A DNA stretch of 64,000 bases from Macrostomum lignano (Eukaryota), in the NCBI GenBank assembly GCA_002269645.1, contig NIVC01000980.1, positions 248,001-312,000 of the forward strand, given 5' to 3'. Shown in pieces: positions 47,436 to 60,237 of the stretch. Position 1 is the stretch's first letter. Every line of letters begins with the position of its first letter. The notes beneath the pieces are model-generated. The model was not told the origin of the DNA. It saw only the letters and a list, made by a program, of their open reading frames with translations, and did not search any database. The position numbers were made by a program, and so were the translations under genes.

Positions 47436-48490
47436 TAGGAGGGTTCGGAAAGTCCGCGATCAAACGTGTCTAACAGATTAACGGATTGAACAAATGTAAC
47501 GCTACTCTTCCTGCTTCTCAACGTAGGCACTCTTGAGACTTATGCACTTGTGCCACCTCTCAGGCAACTTTTCGATTCCGGCGGCATAGAAATCGGCAGG
47601 TGACCCCCTGACCCACTGGCTGATGGCCGATGCCAGGGTCTGTAGAGAGCTGTACTGGCGACCTCGGATGTGTTTTTTCATCTCCCCGAACAGCCAGAAG
47701 TCACTGGGTGCGAGGTCCGGCGAGTAGGGTGGGTGTGGCAGCACCTCGAAGCACAGGTCCGAAATGGCAGCCATTGTTGCCTGGCTGGTGTGCGGCCTGG
47801 CATTGTCGTGCTGAAGCAGGATGCCGTAGCTCAGCTTGCCACGCCGCTGGGCCTTGATAGCTTCACGCAACTTCTGCAGGACTTGGATACAGTACTCACT
47901 GTTGATTGCGGCACCACGGGAAAGCCAAGGAGGGCAAGAGCAGAATGCCCTCCTTGTCCCAGAAGATGGTGGCCATTTGCTTGCCAGCTGAAGGTGCAGT
48001 CAGAGCCTTGATAGGTGTGGGCTCATGGCTGGCCTTCCACACACTGCTCTGCATCTTGGACTCTGGCTCGCTATAATCGAACCAGGATTCATCCCAGTCA
48101 CAATCTGGTCCAAAAAGTTGGGATCTCTGCGATATGACTGGAGCTGCTGACACACCTGGACCCGCTCTCGCTGCTGCTAGTCAGTCAGAAGTTTCGGGAC
48201 CCAATGAGCAACAACGCGCGACATACCGAGCTCAACCGTCAGGATTGAGTGAATGGCTGTTGATGAGATGCCAGTAACGGTTGACAACTCTCACACTGTG
48301 GCTCGGCAGTCAACATCGAGAGCACTACGCACAAACTTGATATTTGACCTGTTGACCCTGGTGGCAGGCCGGCCGCTCTGTGGAAAGTCATCAACCGTCT
48401 CCCAGCTGTCTTCAAAGCAATGGACCCACTTGTTAACTATGGTTTTTGATGGTGCAAATTTACCATATGTTGCTTGCACCTCACAAAGAA
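47436..48490 (-). mobile_element. Decayed mariner (DD34D) transposon, frameshifted and missing one end
   Basis: Fragments in three ORFs: HTH (KWVHCF..DDFPQSGRP), first catalytic D (DWDESW) and HDNARPH...HPPYSPDLAPSDFWLF. Eroded TIR TAGGAGGGTTCGGAAAGT at 47436; no partner TIR found. Confidence 0.88.
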
Positions 48491-50749
48491 AGAAAGGTAT
48501 AAAGTTTAAGACAAAGTAATGACTCAGAAAAAGATATGCATGTTTTATTGCAGAGTATATCTACCAATTTGTATGTTTTTTAATTTATCCCAGTTTATCT
48601 ACCAATATTAAATACTTATATAGCAGCATCAAATGTTTCTATTCTACCATTTAATACCCATTTACCTACCTAGTTGCCTATTTGTCTACTAGACTATCAG
48701 GTCAATCTTCACTTCAAAAATTTCTAGCCTTTAAAAATATAAAAGTTTAGAAAAGTCTAGCCTTTTACACTGCAAATTCTTATCATAATTATTATTCAAA
48801 CCTATGATAGTCAACCATGAAAACAAACAAAAAATATGCTTTGTGCTTTATAAATTTCAACTTGGCAGTTAAACAGCTGTTGCTACAACTAGGCTAAAAG
48901 GTATTACTATATACAGGTTATAAATGAGACAATTCCTTAGCAATTTTTATAATTTGCAATTTTTTTCTTTTTTTTCATTTTTATCCTTAATTATAATCTT
49001 TAAATTATATAATTTGAACAAAAAATGTTCTTAATCAAAAACAAGTTAAAAAGAGATTATATGATTTTTGTACAAAGAATCAAGATAGCCAATATTATAG
49101 ATCTGGCTTTTAACTTTTTGCAACTTGGCTTGACTAAAGTCTGACAGGCTATTGTTGTAACTAGGAATGTTTTCTATTAAATAAATAATAATATTTTATA
49201 CATAAACTATACATAAACTATAAAAATAATAAGAATTGAAAAATATAAAAACTTTCAACATCACTAGATATGTCTAGATTTGAAATTGAATCATTTAAAT
49301 TAGGGAATATAGTCATATATAGGGCATATTTTGTATAGCTTTACTTTTACTTTTAACTGCTTTTATTCATTTAGTATAGGTATAACTATCAATGAGAATA
49401 TTAATATAATGCCTAGCAATATATAATAAATATTATTAGGTTCATTGATTTATAGCCTAGTATTGGTTTACAAATTTTATTAACAAATTAAGGTTTAATA
49501 ATTATTTCCAGAAAGAGAATACCTAAAGTATTAAAGGCAATATCCATTGTTCCTTACTAGAATTGCTATTGTGGTAGGTGAGGCTACCATGGTGTTTTTT
49601 TGTTTGTCCCCGGGTTTGGTCCCTTCTGTCCACCATGAGGTGACAATTCATTTTTAGTATATAGGATGATGTAGTTCCAGCCATCTCCTGTTCCCGGGTT
49701 TGCCCCTTTGGCTGGTCCCTCTGTTGCGCCCTCTTGTGGCCTGCCCCTTTCCCGTTGGTGGTCCCTTTGTTGCCCCAGCCCCGTGCTCTAACTTACTTTT
49801 GCTTATTTTTTTGTTAATTATCTTTGTTATGCCAATCAATGTACCACTGTTGGATTCCAGAATTGGTCCCAGTGTTGGCCTTGCTCATCCCAACTAATGT
49901 CCCAATTTCTTTGGTGTAATATTTAATTGATGTGAAATTGAAGCGTTTACTCTTTCCTTCGTCCTTTATCTTCTTTTTTCTTCCTCCTGTTTTCCTTGAT
50001 TATTTTAACTTTTCTTTATTAGTTTGTTTTATTAATTAAGTTTGCAATCCTATAGTTAAATTTAGCACCCTAGCACGTTGGAACCTTGATATTGTCAGTA
50101 CATCGCTTTCTGTCGCATAAATAATTAATAGTTACCATCTCTTGTCAACTAATAAAATTACCCTGCCATTAAACTCTAATAAACAATATTAAATTTGCTG
50201 CTTACCTTCCTTATCAATTAACTGAAGCCTTTGCTAGTCTATATTAAGTCATTTGCCCGTGGGGCATAAAATAACCAAGTTCTTGACTCAAAGAAAGTCT
50301 AAGACTTCAACGTTCTGTAATACATAAATTATGGTGGTGGCAGCTCTACCCTACTGAAAGTAAGCAGTTCAGCAATTGTCAAAAGCTCTGGTGTCTACCA
50401 TCTAAATGACTGTGCCACTCTAATGACCACTCTACTACGATCACAACTACCCTCCCCCCGGACTTGAGGAACCTGGCAGTCGGAGTAACAAAGGAGAAAA
50501 GTGTCCGATTGATTCTGTGAAATTTTCTGGCTTTACGAGTGCCAAGATCATGAAGGTGACAGTTTAAAGGTTAAGAAAACCAACCCACCCAAACCAAGAA
50601 ATATTTAATTTTTTTTAATTTTTTCTTTTCTTTCTCTGGTCCACCTCACTATACTAAGGTTATAAATACTAAGCTTTTGATTTATAGACAAATAATATTT
50701 ATTTAATATTTTATATATGAGGACAAAAATAAACACACAAAATTTTTAG

Positions 50750-51752
50750 TAGGGGTTCCAGTGAGGTTTTGAAACATTTTTTATTCTTGGATATTTTTGG
50801 GCAGCTAAGTAGATCTCTGCAACCAAAATCCAAAATGGCCTCACTTGTTAATTTCTGTCAAGGAATAAAAAAGTTATAGCATTTTTAGTTGTAGAAAATT
50901 TGTAATTCCTTATGGCATTTTTGCATTACGGCCTGTGACCTTTTTTGCGCAAAAAGTACAATTTTTCATATACTTTTATTTATAACTTTTTTGTCCCTTA
51001 TCTAATTTTAATATGTTTGGTGTCATTTTTTGCATTTTTTATATTTTTTGTGGCCCTATTAGAGTCTTTTTAAAGACTAGAGGGCCTTGGCTAGTAGGCT
51101 TAGTTGGAGTCGGCTAGATATGCTGAAAATCATATGTGCAAATGTGTATTACATGTATATATGTGCATTTTTACAATACATAGGTATTGTTCTTTTGAAT
51201 ATATATTTTTTTAGGTATTTAGCATTTTTACCAAGATGTACAGAGCAAATTCTGATCATATTTAACTGAATTTTCTTACTTTTTAGGCCTAGGCCAAGGC
51301 TAGGGACAGTCATTAGTTAGTATATTTCAGTCCATCTTGCTCACATGTATTGACATTATAACTGCAGTCATATTGCTCATATACCAATTTTAGCAATGAG
51401 CAGTGCCAGTGATGAAAACAGGCCTCCAGATGCCCCAGGGCCAGATCCAGTGCTGACAGTGACAGTTGGGAAGGCATTGCAGTTAACCCAAAACTGCAAG
51501 GCCCCAGAGGCGATGCAGCACCTCATGCAGCATGTGGGTCTGCCTGCGAGTCATGTTGGCAGTTTGGCAACAAAGAATATCATGAAGAGGATAGCCAGGC
51601 TTTGCCAGCAGGCACGTGAGCTGCAACGCAGCCACTGCAGAGACCTGGCTGCAGGAAAGCAGTCAGAGTACCAGCAGTTGCTTGCTGGTAAGTTTCAGGT
51701 GACTCTGACTGCATCCACTTCAGCGCCACATAAAATTAAAATTCTTGAAGAT

Positions 51753-51787
<35 letters not shown>

Positions 51788-52625
51788 AAGAGAGAGAGAG
51801 CTGCATGCAGACTAGCACTGCCAATGCGGACCTGAAGAGGCATAAAAACGAAAAAAATCTGCAAATTTACCATTTATCTACTACAAGTAGATGCACATTT
51901 TTTGGCAGGTTAACTTAAATATTAACCTTGCGGCAAACTTTCATGCAATGGGACTTATACCATGTCATTCAGCATGGAAATCTGCATATTAAACATGTTT
52001 AATTTCCTCGTCTCTACATCTATGAAGACAGACATCAACTTTATTGTCTTCTTAATGGCAGTTTACATGTATAAAGGAACAGAGGCTCAGCTGCCTTGCG
52101 GCAAGTCATTCGAGATGCCTCTTTTTGGCAAAATGGAACAAAGGTTACCCACATATCAAATTGAATTGTTTAAAATGTAGCCTTTCATGACGACACAAAG
52201 AAAAACGTGTTGAAAATTTTCAACTAACAGTAGAAGGGCCTTAGAAATTTTTTTTCTTCATTTTTTTATTGCAAAATTTGTGCTTTACTATATCCTTTAT
52301 TCATTCCTTTCATTTAATTTGTTATTCCTAGCACGCTTTAAGGTGATATTTCAATTGGCTGTATGAACCCTCATTTTTACGATTGGCTTCATTTCGTATT
52401 TGTGATGCTTTCTGTGGTAACTTTCGACACGTATAACTTTTTTCTTGTGTCATACTATAAGAAGGTTCAACACATTTTGGAAAGTATAATTGTCTAGTTT
52501 CTGTTGTATATTTCAGTTTGTCTTTATTTTGTAATTTAGTATCTTTTTTCTTCATTCTACGTAGGACACATTTTCACATTTTTTGTGTTTTAGGATATAT
52601 TTCACAAACCTTATCGGAACCCCTA
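50750..52625. mobile_element. Candidate non-autonomous hAT-like element containing a 139-aa ORF
   Basis: Imperfect inverted ends TAGGGGTTCCAGTGAGGTTTTGAAA and TAGGGGTTCCGATAAGGTTTGTGAAA; flanks ATTTTTAG / TTTTTAAG match 6 of 8. ORF 51396-51815 lies inside. Confidence 0.4.
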
Positions 52626-55013
52626 TTTTTAAGGATCAACAATTTTTAAGATTTAATAATAGCAAAATTGGCTATTATTAACACATAGAACATAATTTGC
52701 CATTTTCAAATGTATGCCTTTTGGAAAATCCAGTCCTTTGTACACTTAATATTAATTTGATGCATAACATAAAGCAATAAAAACATATTGGTTAGTTTAG
52801 TTGGGGATTAGGGTTCCTAATAATAATAATATTGATAATATGGTCCTATCCTACTGACCTACTATTTCTTTTTAAGTCTAGGCATTTGTCATTGCTATGA
52901 CCAAATCAGCTTAGAGCTGGCTAGAGATGAAACATCTATGGCCAAAATGGTTTAGGGGTGAAATCACCAGCTAGGGGGGCCTATAACAAGTTGAAACAAC
53001 ATTTCTAATACCTCACAGTAAAAATACAAAAAAAAATTACTATGATCTGATAGGATTAAATTGTATTTTAAAATAATTTCATTAGGCCTATTGGCTAGGC
53101 ATATAGTCTCATTCCCCAATCCCTCTCAATGACTCAATATATAAGATTTCCATTTGTTTCGAATTGCAAATTGATACACCTTGAAACTTGAAAAAAGTTG
53201 GAAACTTCTAAATGCCTATGCTAGGTCTATGCAAATGGGCAATGGCAATACACAGTTGAATTATTTAATCACGTAATATTAGATTATCTAATACTAATCG
53301 TTAATAGGCCTACCTATTAATAATATATCAGTTCGGGACAGAACAGTTCGGCCTAGCGCCGACTGACTTAATAATGGTAATTAAAATATCGATAAAAACG
53401 TAATTAATAAGGCATCTACGGTACACAAGGGCAAGGTGTCCCCCAAGTCAAGTCACTTCAATTTAATGCGCGCATGAGCGTCACGAGTTACGCGCGCGCG
53501 CGATTAAAAAATGTATTAAAAATTTAAATTTTCTGCCCAGTAAAACAAATACATGAACTTGTAGTAGTAGTAGTAGTAGTAGTAAATTTAGCTCAGGCTT
53601 AAGGAGCCTGTTTTGCCAGTATGATCCGATGTATTTAGTATTTGTTCAAAAGGTTAAATTTTTACACGAGTTACGATGCGAGTTACGATATTTGTAAAAG
53701 TAAGGTATTTGAAAGAGCGTCTAGAGTTTTTTGAAACGGTTTTCCAGCCGATTAGCGACTAACGCCATAATAACAAGATTCTAAGCAGGGAAAAATAAAA
53801 AATCAATGTCGTACATGTATATATATGACCTTAAAGCAAAACGATTCTTCTAGAATTCGATTCAAAAAAGGTAGTTAGATATTAACAAATATAACAAATA
53901 TCGAGTATAATTAAGGATAGCTCTACAATAATAGGCGATTTTTGTAAAAAGATGTAGATTTTTGAAAGCGCGTGATATTTCAAAGCGTGAAAAACGAACA
54001 TAAACATACTTCGCACGAACTTAACGTACTAACGAGTAACGACGATTTAAATAGGAAATTAAAAAAGTCAGTAAATGAATAAATAACTGAAAAGCGGATT
54101 TGTTAAACTGCTAATGTATCTGATTCAGTTTGTTTAACTGTTTTAGCTATTCATGACTTTATATATTTTAGCTACACCAGTGAGTTCTTTTCTGAGTTCT
54201 TTTTTCTTTTCTTTTCTCTTTTTTTTCTTGTGGTTGCATATTTCGTAAATGTGAAGCCGTTACATGAAAAAAGGCAATAGAAAAAAACAAAATATTCCAT
54301 TCTAAATGTTCTGTTGTTGAATTAACGAACGCAGAAACAAGATAGATAATTATCCGGGCGCTCAGTGGCACCAAAAGAGGGGCTTGGCCAATAGGAGGGC
54401 GGCTCGTATATTTATGCACGCGGGGAAGGAAAGTTCTAGAAAGACCGGGAAAGGAAACTTCTGTAACTATGCGTAAAAAGTCCGCGGTGGAAGTTTCTAG
54501 AAACGCTGTCCCCGAACTATCCCTACGCATTGCATGCCTTTGCAATACACAACACTAAAATTCTATCTATTCTAAGTAACTTATATTAGTTTATATAATT
54601 ATTTATTAAACGCAAAGATGTTACAACAATCACATCACAGTTACATTGGTGCTAATTTAATGACTTATGTAGGTAATTAGTTGTCTTCGTGCTAAAACCA
54701 TACAGACCACTTAAACTGGGAATTAGCTATATGTAACTATAATTCCGCGAGGTCCACAGACACACACAGGACAACTCAAGTATGACGGAAAACTACTACG
54801 CTTCGTGGAAAAAATAAATTACAGAGATTGGAGGTTTTCATTTTTCAACACAAAATTTGTCATTGGTTTTGATAGAATTAAGGCCCAATGTTCATCCTTA
54901 GATGTCTTGCTATTCTTATAGCTCTATAGCCCTGTTGATATATATAGGCTTTTCGTTCAGAAAATTCGAATTCTATGATGTTAAGTTTTATATCCTACGT
55001 GCAATCGTGCATG

Positions 55014-55100
<87 letters not shown>
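55014..55100. repeat. Compound (CTA)n(TAA)n microsatellite
   Basis: Pure triplet runs near the 3' end of SINE copy 3. Confidence 0.95.
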
Positions 55101-55101
<1 letters not shown>

Positions 55102-55160
55102 TAACTTGATAAAAACAATAATAACAGTAATGGTAATAATAATGATAAATTCATTACACC

Positions 55161-55482
55161 TGCTCTAGATGAAATGGGCAGATGAGCAACCGACAGCTTA
55201 GCCGCAGCTGCTAATTGCGCGGCACATCTGAAGGCTGCCAACGGCTGCTCAGTCCAAGGACTGGGGTCACCACACACACCCTTAATTACCCCAGGTAATG
55301 CGCGCTGGTACCCATTTTACAGCTGGGTGAACTTACTGAAGCAATTATGCAGCTCCGTACATCTACTCAAGTAAGTGTCTTGCCCCAAGCTTGAACACAA
55401 ATTGTTCCGAGGGCGAACTCCCGACCTTCAATAGATGTCTGACGCTCAAACCATACATGATGTACTACTAGGTTACAACCCC
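55161..55482 (-). mobile_element. tRNA-derived CORE-like SINE, copy 3 (more diverged)
   Basis: Reverse complement reads GGGGTTGTAACCTAGT...GAGTTCGCCC...GGGGCAAGACACTT...CCCAGCTGTAAAATGGGTACC...CAGTCCTTGGACTGAGCAGCCG...GCTGTCGGTTGC. Confidence 0.8.
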
Positions 55483-57045
55483 AAGCGTGCCTAAAATTAT
55501 AAAAATGGCACAGCTCGGCTCATTGGTTTTATGAATCTATTTTGTCAATTTTTGCTTAATGACTGTGTAACAACATATGTAAGAGAATGATTAAATATTG
55601 ATTCATAAAACTAACGAGTCGAGTTGATGCCAATTTATATTATATTTTTAGAATAATGATATAAAATTAACATAGAATCAGTTTTCTAAACAAAAAGCTT
55701 TATGAATATAAATAGAGCTATCAAAAGGCAAGACATTTATCAAAAGATGTACACTAGCCTGGTCTCAACGTTCCATTCTCTGCTAAGAAAATGAGAACCT
55801 CCTATCTCTGTAATGTATTTTTTCGGTAAAACTACTAAATTTTTCCAAGAACGTCTTTCTACCCATAGTTAGTCATTATAGACACTCAAATCAAGCAATA
55901 GAAATTCCTTTAAATTTAGGAGCATCTGTTCTGTGTTTTGTCGTCTGCGCTCTGTCGGTATTTCGTTCAATTTAATAGATTAGAAAAGAAACTAGTCAAA
56001 ATAATTAAAGCCGCATCGAATTGAAGGGAATGAAGGTTGTGTCTATTTTATTTCTTGTGTTCAACCAAAGAACGAATCACACCAATTAGCCAACAAAAAC
56101 CTTTTTAGCATACAAAGTGTGATGCTTTTGCGGTAAGCAGACGAAACATCACGCATCCGTGCATTAGCAGACCTTGGTTATAATAAGCATTTTTATATCT
56201 TCCAAAATTATCCCACCGACCTTTACGCTGCCTAAAAAGTGCTTTTTCAAGCATATAGTTTTCTTCGAACAAAGAGATGGGGGTGAAACATTGCAAGGAC
56301 AATAGCGGAGGCCGGCACTGCATCCGAGGTTTCGGCGGCTGACAATGGAGCAGACCCAGGAAAACCGGGAGCAGAGGGTGGGGCAACATGCTTTGCGCGA
56401 GCTGCAGACACGAAAAACGCATTCGACTTCGCCTGTAAGATTGCTGTGAGTATCTATTCGTGCAGTTGGATGCGCTGCAACCTAAAATAGGATTTTTCTA
56501 AACGGTAAGGTCAATAAATTTGCACGGATTTTAGCTATCAAGAGAGGCGTCGAATCCAGTGCGGACAAAAGGAATAATAAATGGTCTGCAAAAACAAAAA
56601 TTTCAGATTGCTGAATATTGAAAAATAGGAGTTCGGTTAGTGCGCGCGGATATCGCCGGTTCGTTTCCAAGGCAAAAATTTGTGAAACTCGACCGGGGAA
56701 CAGGAAACAAAGGTGAGAAGCAATCAACAATGGTACGGCACTCTGTCGCTTAGCTCTGTCGATTTGTATTGTACTCTCCACCTCCGCCTCTGACTAACAC
56801 GTATTCGATCTATTCATATATGTAGCTTCATAGGAAAGCCATCAAAATGTGCGACACAAGCGACAGAGGCGCAACTGTTGAGCATAGGATATTTTTCTCG
56901 TTGCTATGGATTTTTGATGAAGAACAAAAGAAGATGCCGATGATGAATGATAATGAAAAGAGAACAGATTTTTAGTTCCTGCGATTAACTCGGTCTCAGT
57001 TTACTGCAATTTTTCGCACGCTAGATTTGATTCAGCCAGTCGGGC

Positions 57046-58461
57046 TTATTCACTCGATGAGTCGGAATTTTTCTGGCTCAGCAAGTAGTCGAATTCGCCG
57101 CGAATAGCAGCCAGCGCCGTCGGGGCTTCCGGGTCCCACGGTTTAATCCCCTGCGACAGAAGCTCACCAACCTCCTCCTTGCTGAATCCCCACGTGTTGC
57201 CGCTGCTCGTGTCAGGCGATGCAGGCAGGGCCTCCACATCGCCGCTCGCCGGGTCCGGCTTCTTGTCAGCCGAGGCCATTGCCACCAGCGTGCTTGTCGT
57301 TGTCTCCGAAGTCGCACTGTCGGTCGCGCGATCGGCAGTAGCGTCCGCAGCAGTCGGAGCCGAAGTCGCCTCCGTCTTAGATGCGGCAGCGGCCGCAGCA
57401 GCAGCGGCAGCAGCTGCCGCTGCTCGATCTTGCGAGTTGCCGACAAACCGACGGCGAGGTCCTCCGCCACCGCGGCCACCCATCGTCGACCTACTCATAG
57501 AGCGGCCATGTTGGTAGCGTTGCATTCCGCCGCCACCGCCACCGCCACCGCCACCGCCACCGCCACCAACGCCGCCGCCGACGCCGCTAGCGTTGCCGCC
57601 TCCGCTGCCGGCCGGCAGGATGCCCTGCGGCATGCCCAGCCCATTGAGCATGTAGTTCAGCAGCATGCACATGTTGAGCGCGTTTGTGGCCGTTTCAATC
57701 TCCTCCTCAACGGCCGGCGGGGCGATATTCTCGCGCAGGCTGTCCCGGACTTGGTTTGGCGGGAAGAGGCCCAGGTCGTAAGCGGCCATGGAGCCAGCGA
57801 CTTCGTCTAGCCACTCGTTGTGCATCTTGCGCTCGAATCGAGTCGATTTTATGGCCTTGCCGATAGCCTTGTCGGTGCAGTGCTGGAAAAGAGACCAGGG
57901 CTTCTCAAACACGAGGTTGCACACCTTGCACGAGTACAGCGATCCAAATTCCATCGAGGCGCGAACGCGCACGTTTTTAATATGCTCGGCGTCCTTTTCA
58001 AAGAAGCACTCCAGATAGTGGTCGCGCAGCAGATTGTAATAGCTCTCGTTGTCCTGCCTGTGCAGCATTTTGCGGCACGTGGTACAGTAGATGACGCCGT
58101 TATCAACCAGTTCGGTCTCGGGCGCTTCGAACTGCTGGGCAGTTTGGAACATGCTGTTGTTGTTAGTCCCCGATTGATAGCCCTCGCCAGAAGCTCCGGT
58201 GCTAGCAGCCTTAATGTCCTCGCTGGGAAGCTCCTCAGACTCGGGGGCGCCGTTCTCTACGGACTTCAGCGGCAGGCGATCGTGGGAAAAATGGCACGCA
58301 TCGCCGAACCGGCAGCCAGAAGCAGAGAAGAAAAACTTGCACGGCGGCTTTTGGTTTGGGATGTGCAGAAACTTGCACTGCTGTCCGTACCAGCACCCGC
58401 CGAGGGTGTTAAAGTACCTGCAGATTTTGCCTTCGGGGTCCGCCATTGCCAATTCTTGCAT
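57046..58461 (-). CDS. Intronless tandem CCCH zinc-finger protein with additional CxxC/C2H2-like fingers, Gly/RGG and Ala tracts, and a compact C-terminal motif
   Basis: Two C-x8-C-x5-C-x3-H fingers at the N-terminus, CTTC-x18-H-x3-C, YSCKVC-x3-F-x5-L-x2-H. Alternative start ATGs at 58461 and 58446. Confidence 0.85.
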   Translation of the reverse strand: MQELAMADPEGKICRYFNTLGGCWYGQQCKFLHIPNQKPPCKFFFSASGCRFGDACHFSHDRLPLKSVENGAPESEELPSEDIKAASTGASGEGYQSGTNNNSMFQTAQQFEAPETELVDNGVIYCTTCRKMLHRQDNESYYNLLRDHYLECFFEKDAEHIKNVRVRASMEFGSLYSCKVCNLVFEKPWSLFQHCTDKAIGKAIKSTRFERKMHNEWLDEVAGSMAAYDLGLFPPNQVRDSLRENIAPPAVEEEIETATNALNMCMLLNYMLNGLGMPQGILPAGSGGGNASGVGGGVGGGGGGGGGGGGGGMQRYQHGRSMSRSTMGGRGGGGPRRRFVGNSQDRAAAAAAAAAAAAAASKTEATSAPTAADATADRATDSATSETTTSTLVAMASADKKPDPASGDVEALPASPDTSSGNTWGFSKEEVGELLSQGIKPWDPEAPTALAAIRGEFDYLLSQKNSDSSSE

Positions 58462-59537
58462 TTGTGAACTTGTACGCTTTTCAGGCTTTCGTGAATATCT
58501 GGGCTCTCTTGGATTGACGGTCGAAAAATCATGCGAGCCTTTTGCCTAGAACTTGCTAATAGGGAATCCAAGGGCGCTGGCAATAGTGACAAAGCAAAGG
58601 GCTCTTTTCTGACTGTACTCTGAAATGTCTATGGCCCGATGTTGCCTTCCCCACGAGTCGCGGCAGGAGTCGGGAGTCGCTGCAGACCCTCTCGTGTGAA
58701 GTCAGCTATATCTATGGCCGATGCACTCTGATAGACTTGATAATATGCTGACTGATAGGTGCATTTGCTAATATAGCGTATTTCAAGCATGAACTGCATT
58801 GTAGCTACGATATACTCGTACATACGAACTGTGACTAGCAACTAGCTCAATTTTCCAATGAACTTTTATCCTTATCTGACTTAGAATAGCAATTTGTCTC
58901 GGGATTAAGCCGGGAAAGCTCTATTGCAGCAGACAATTTCTACTGCAAACAGAGAAGCATGTTAATGACAATTGCTAAATTTGAGTTGTGCAATGTGCCC
59001 CTCTGATACTTAAACATTGACCAAAACATTGCTGAGATGGTTGGTATAAAACTACTACTGCTATTGGACGAGAAACGATTCAGACAGAAAATCAATAACT
59101 ACACAGTACTCATACTTGCACTAAACATTGAGAAGTAACGAAGATGTGGCGAAGAAGCTCTCGATTGTTCATCATCAAGAAATTGACTAAGCAACTCAAT
59201 ATGTTTTTTAAGCTTTAAGAAAGCTTTTTTGAGGCTTTTTTTTCACTGTGGGGCCATGGCAGCCGCTGGAACACTATGGGGAATGCGGGAAGAAAGAGAA
59301 GGGGAGAAGGGAGAAACCGCACCCCCCCCCTCGCATACAAAGGCGAGCGGGTTGCTCATTGTCGCAAAATTTGAGAGGAACTACCGGGCGCAGTTCAAAG
59401 CCCCTCCCCCAACCCCAGCTGAGAGACAATGCCCTACCTGGCTGCAACAGCGCAGTTGGAAAGTTTCGGCACCAACATGGCAGCATGAGAGAAGGTAGAG
59501 AAACACACCGTCTTCCTTAAATGAATGTCTCAAAGGT

Positions 59538-59589
<52 letters not shown>

Positions 59590-60046
59590 AGAATCTGGTC
59601 ACGCAAACTGCCGGATGAAGCAACCATTTGATGAAGAGCAAGCGGATGGGAAGCTGGACAAGAGCAGACTGACCGGCACCTTTGATGACGGCCTTTGAGA
59701 AGTTGAGACTCTGGAGTGTGTACTTAATTGATGACAGGTGAATTGCTTGTTTTTTGTTTGTCCTGCTGCTAAGCTTGAGCTGGGATGATCGACTCACATC
59801 GCCAGCTTTGGCTAAAGCTTGGTTAAACTCTTTGTTCATAGTTATTTACAATCTTATGCTATCTTAGCAATTAGAATGCACTTTTAGACGATGTTAGAGC
59901 CATAGAAAATAATAATAGACAGTTATTCCTTAGTGATTAAGTTGTCCTTGTACCGAGCATATGTTGGAATGCTAATTTCGCAACAGCAATTGTAGCCAAA
60001 ATACTTTTAACCATAGACAGTACAGACCGTAGAAACTTAAAATGGT

Positions 60047-60237
60047 CAAGGAGTTCCATAATTAGCAACCTGGAGTGGAAACGAGTTTTTCAGTTTTACC
60101 TCATGAGGCCAGACTAGCATAGACAGAGTCAGACAGTGCCATAGACATTCAGTGCTGGCTCCTAATCTTTACAATTGGCGTGGCCTCATGATGTAAAACT
60201 CGTTTCCGCTCCAGATTGCTAATTATAGAACTCCTTG
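60047..60237. mobile_element. 191-bp MITE with long TIRs and 8-bp TSD, possibly P superfamily
   Basis: Arms CAAGGAGTTCCATAATTAGCAACCTGGAGTGGAAACGAGTTTT...CATGAGGCCA and its near-perfect reverse complement; perfect TSD AAAATGGT at 60039-60046 and 60238-60245. Confidence 0.85.

Noticed and set aside
54390-54420. CCAAT, GC-box and TATA-like cluster
   Set aside because: No credible downstream gene or RNA; short motifs arise by chance or within repeat debris.
56105-56781. ORFs of 105 aa and 99 aa on the minus strand
   Set aside because: No motifs, no consistent splice signals and AT-rich codon usage unlike the real exons.
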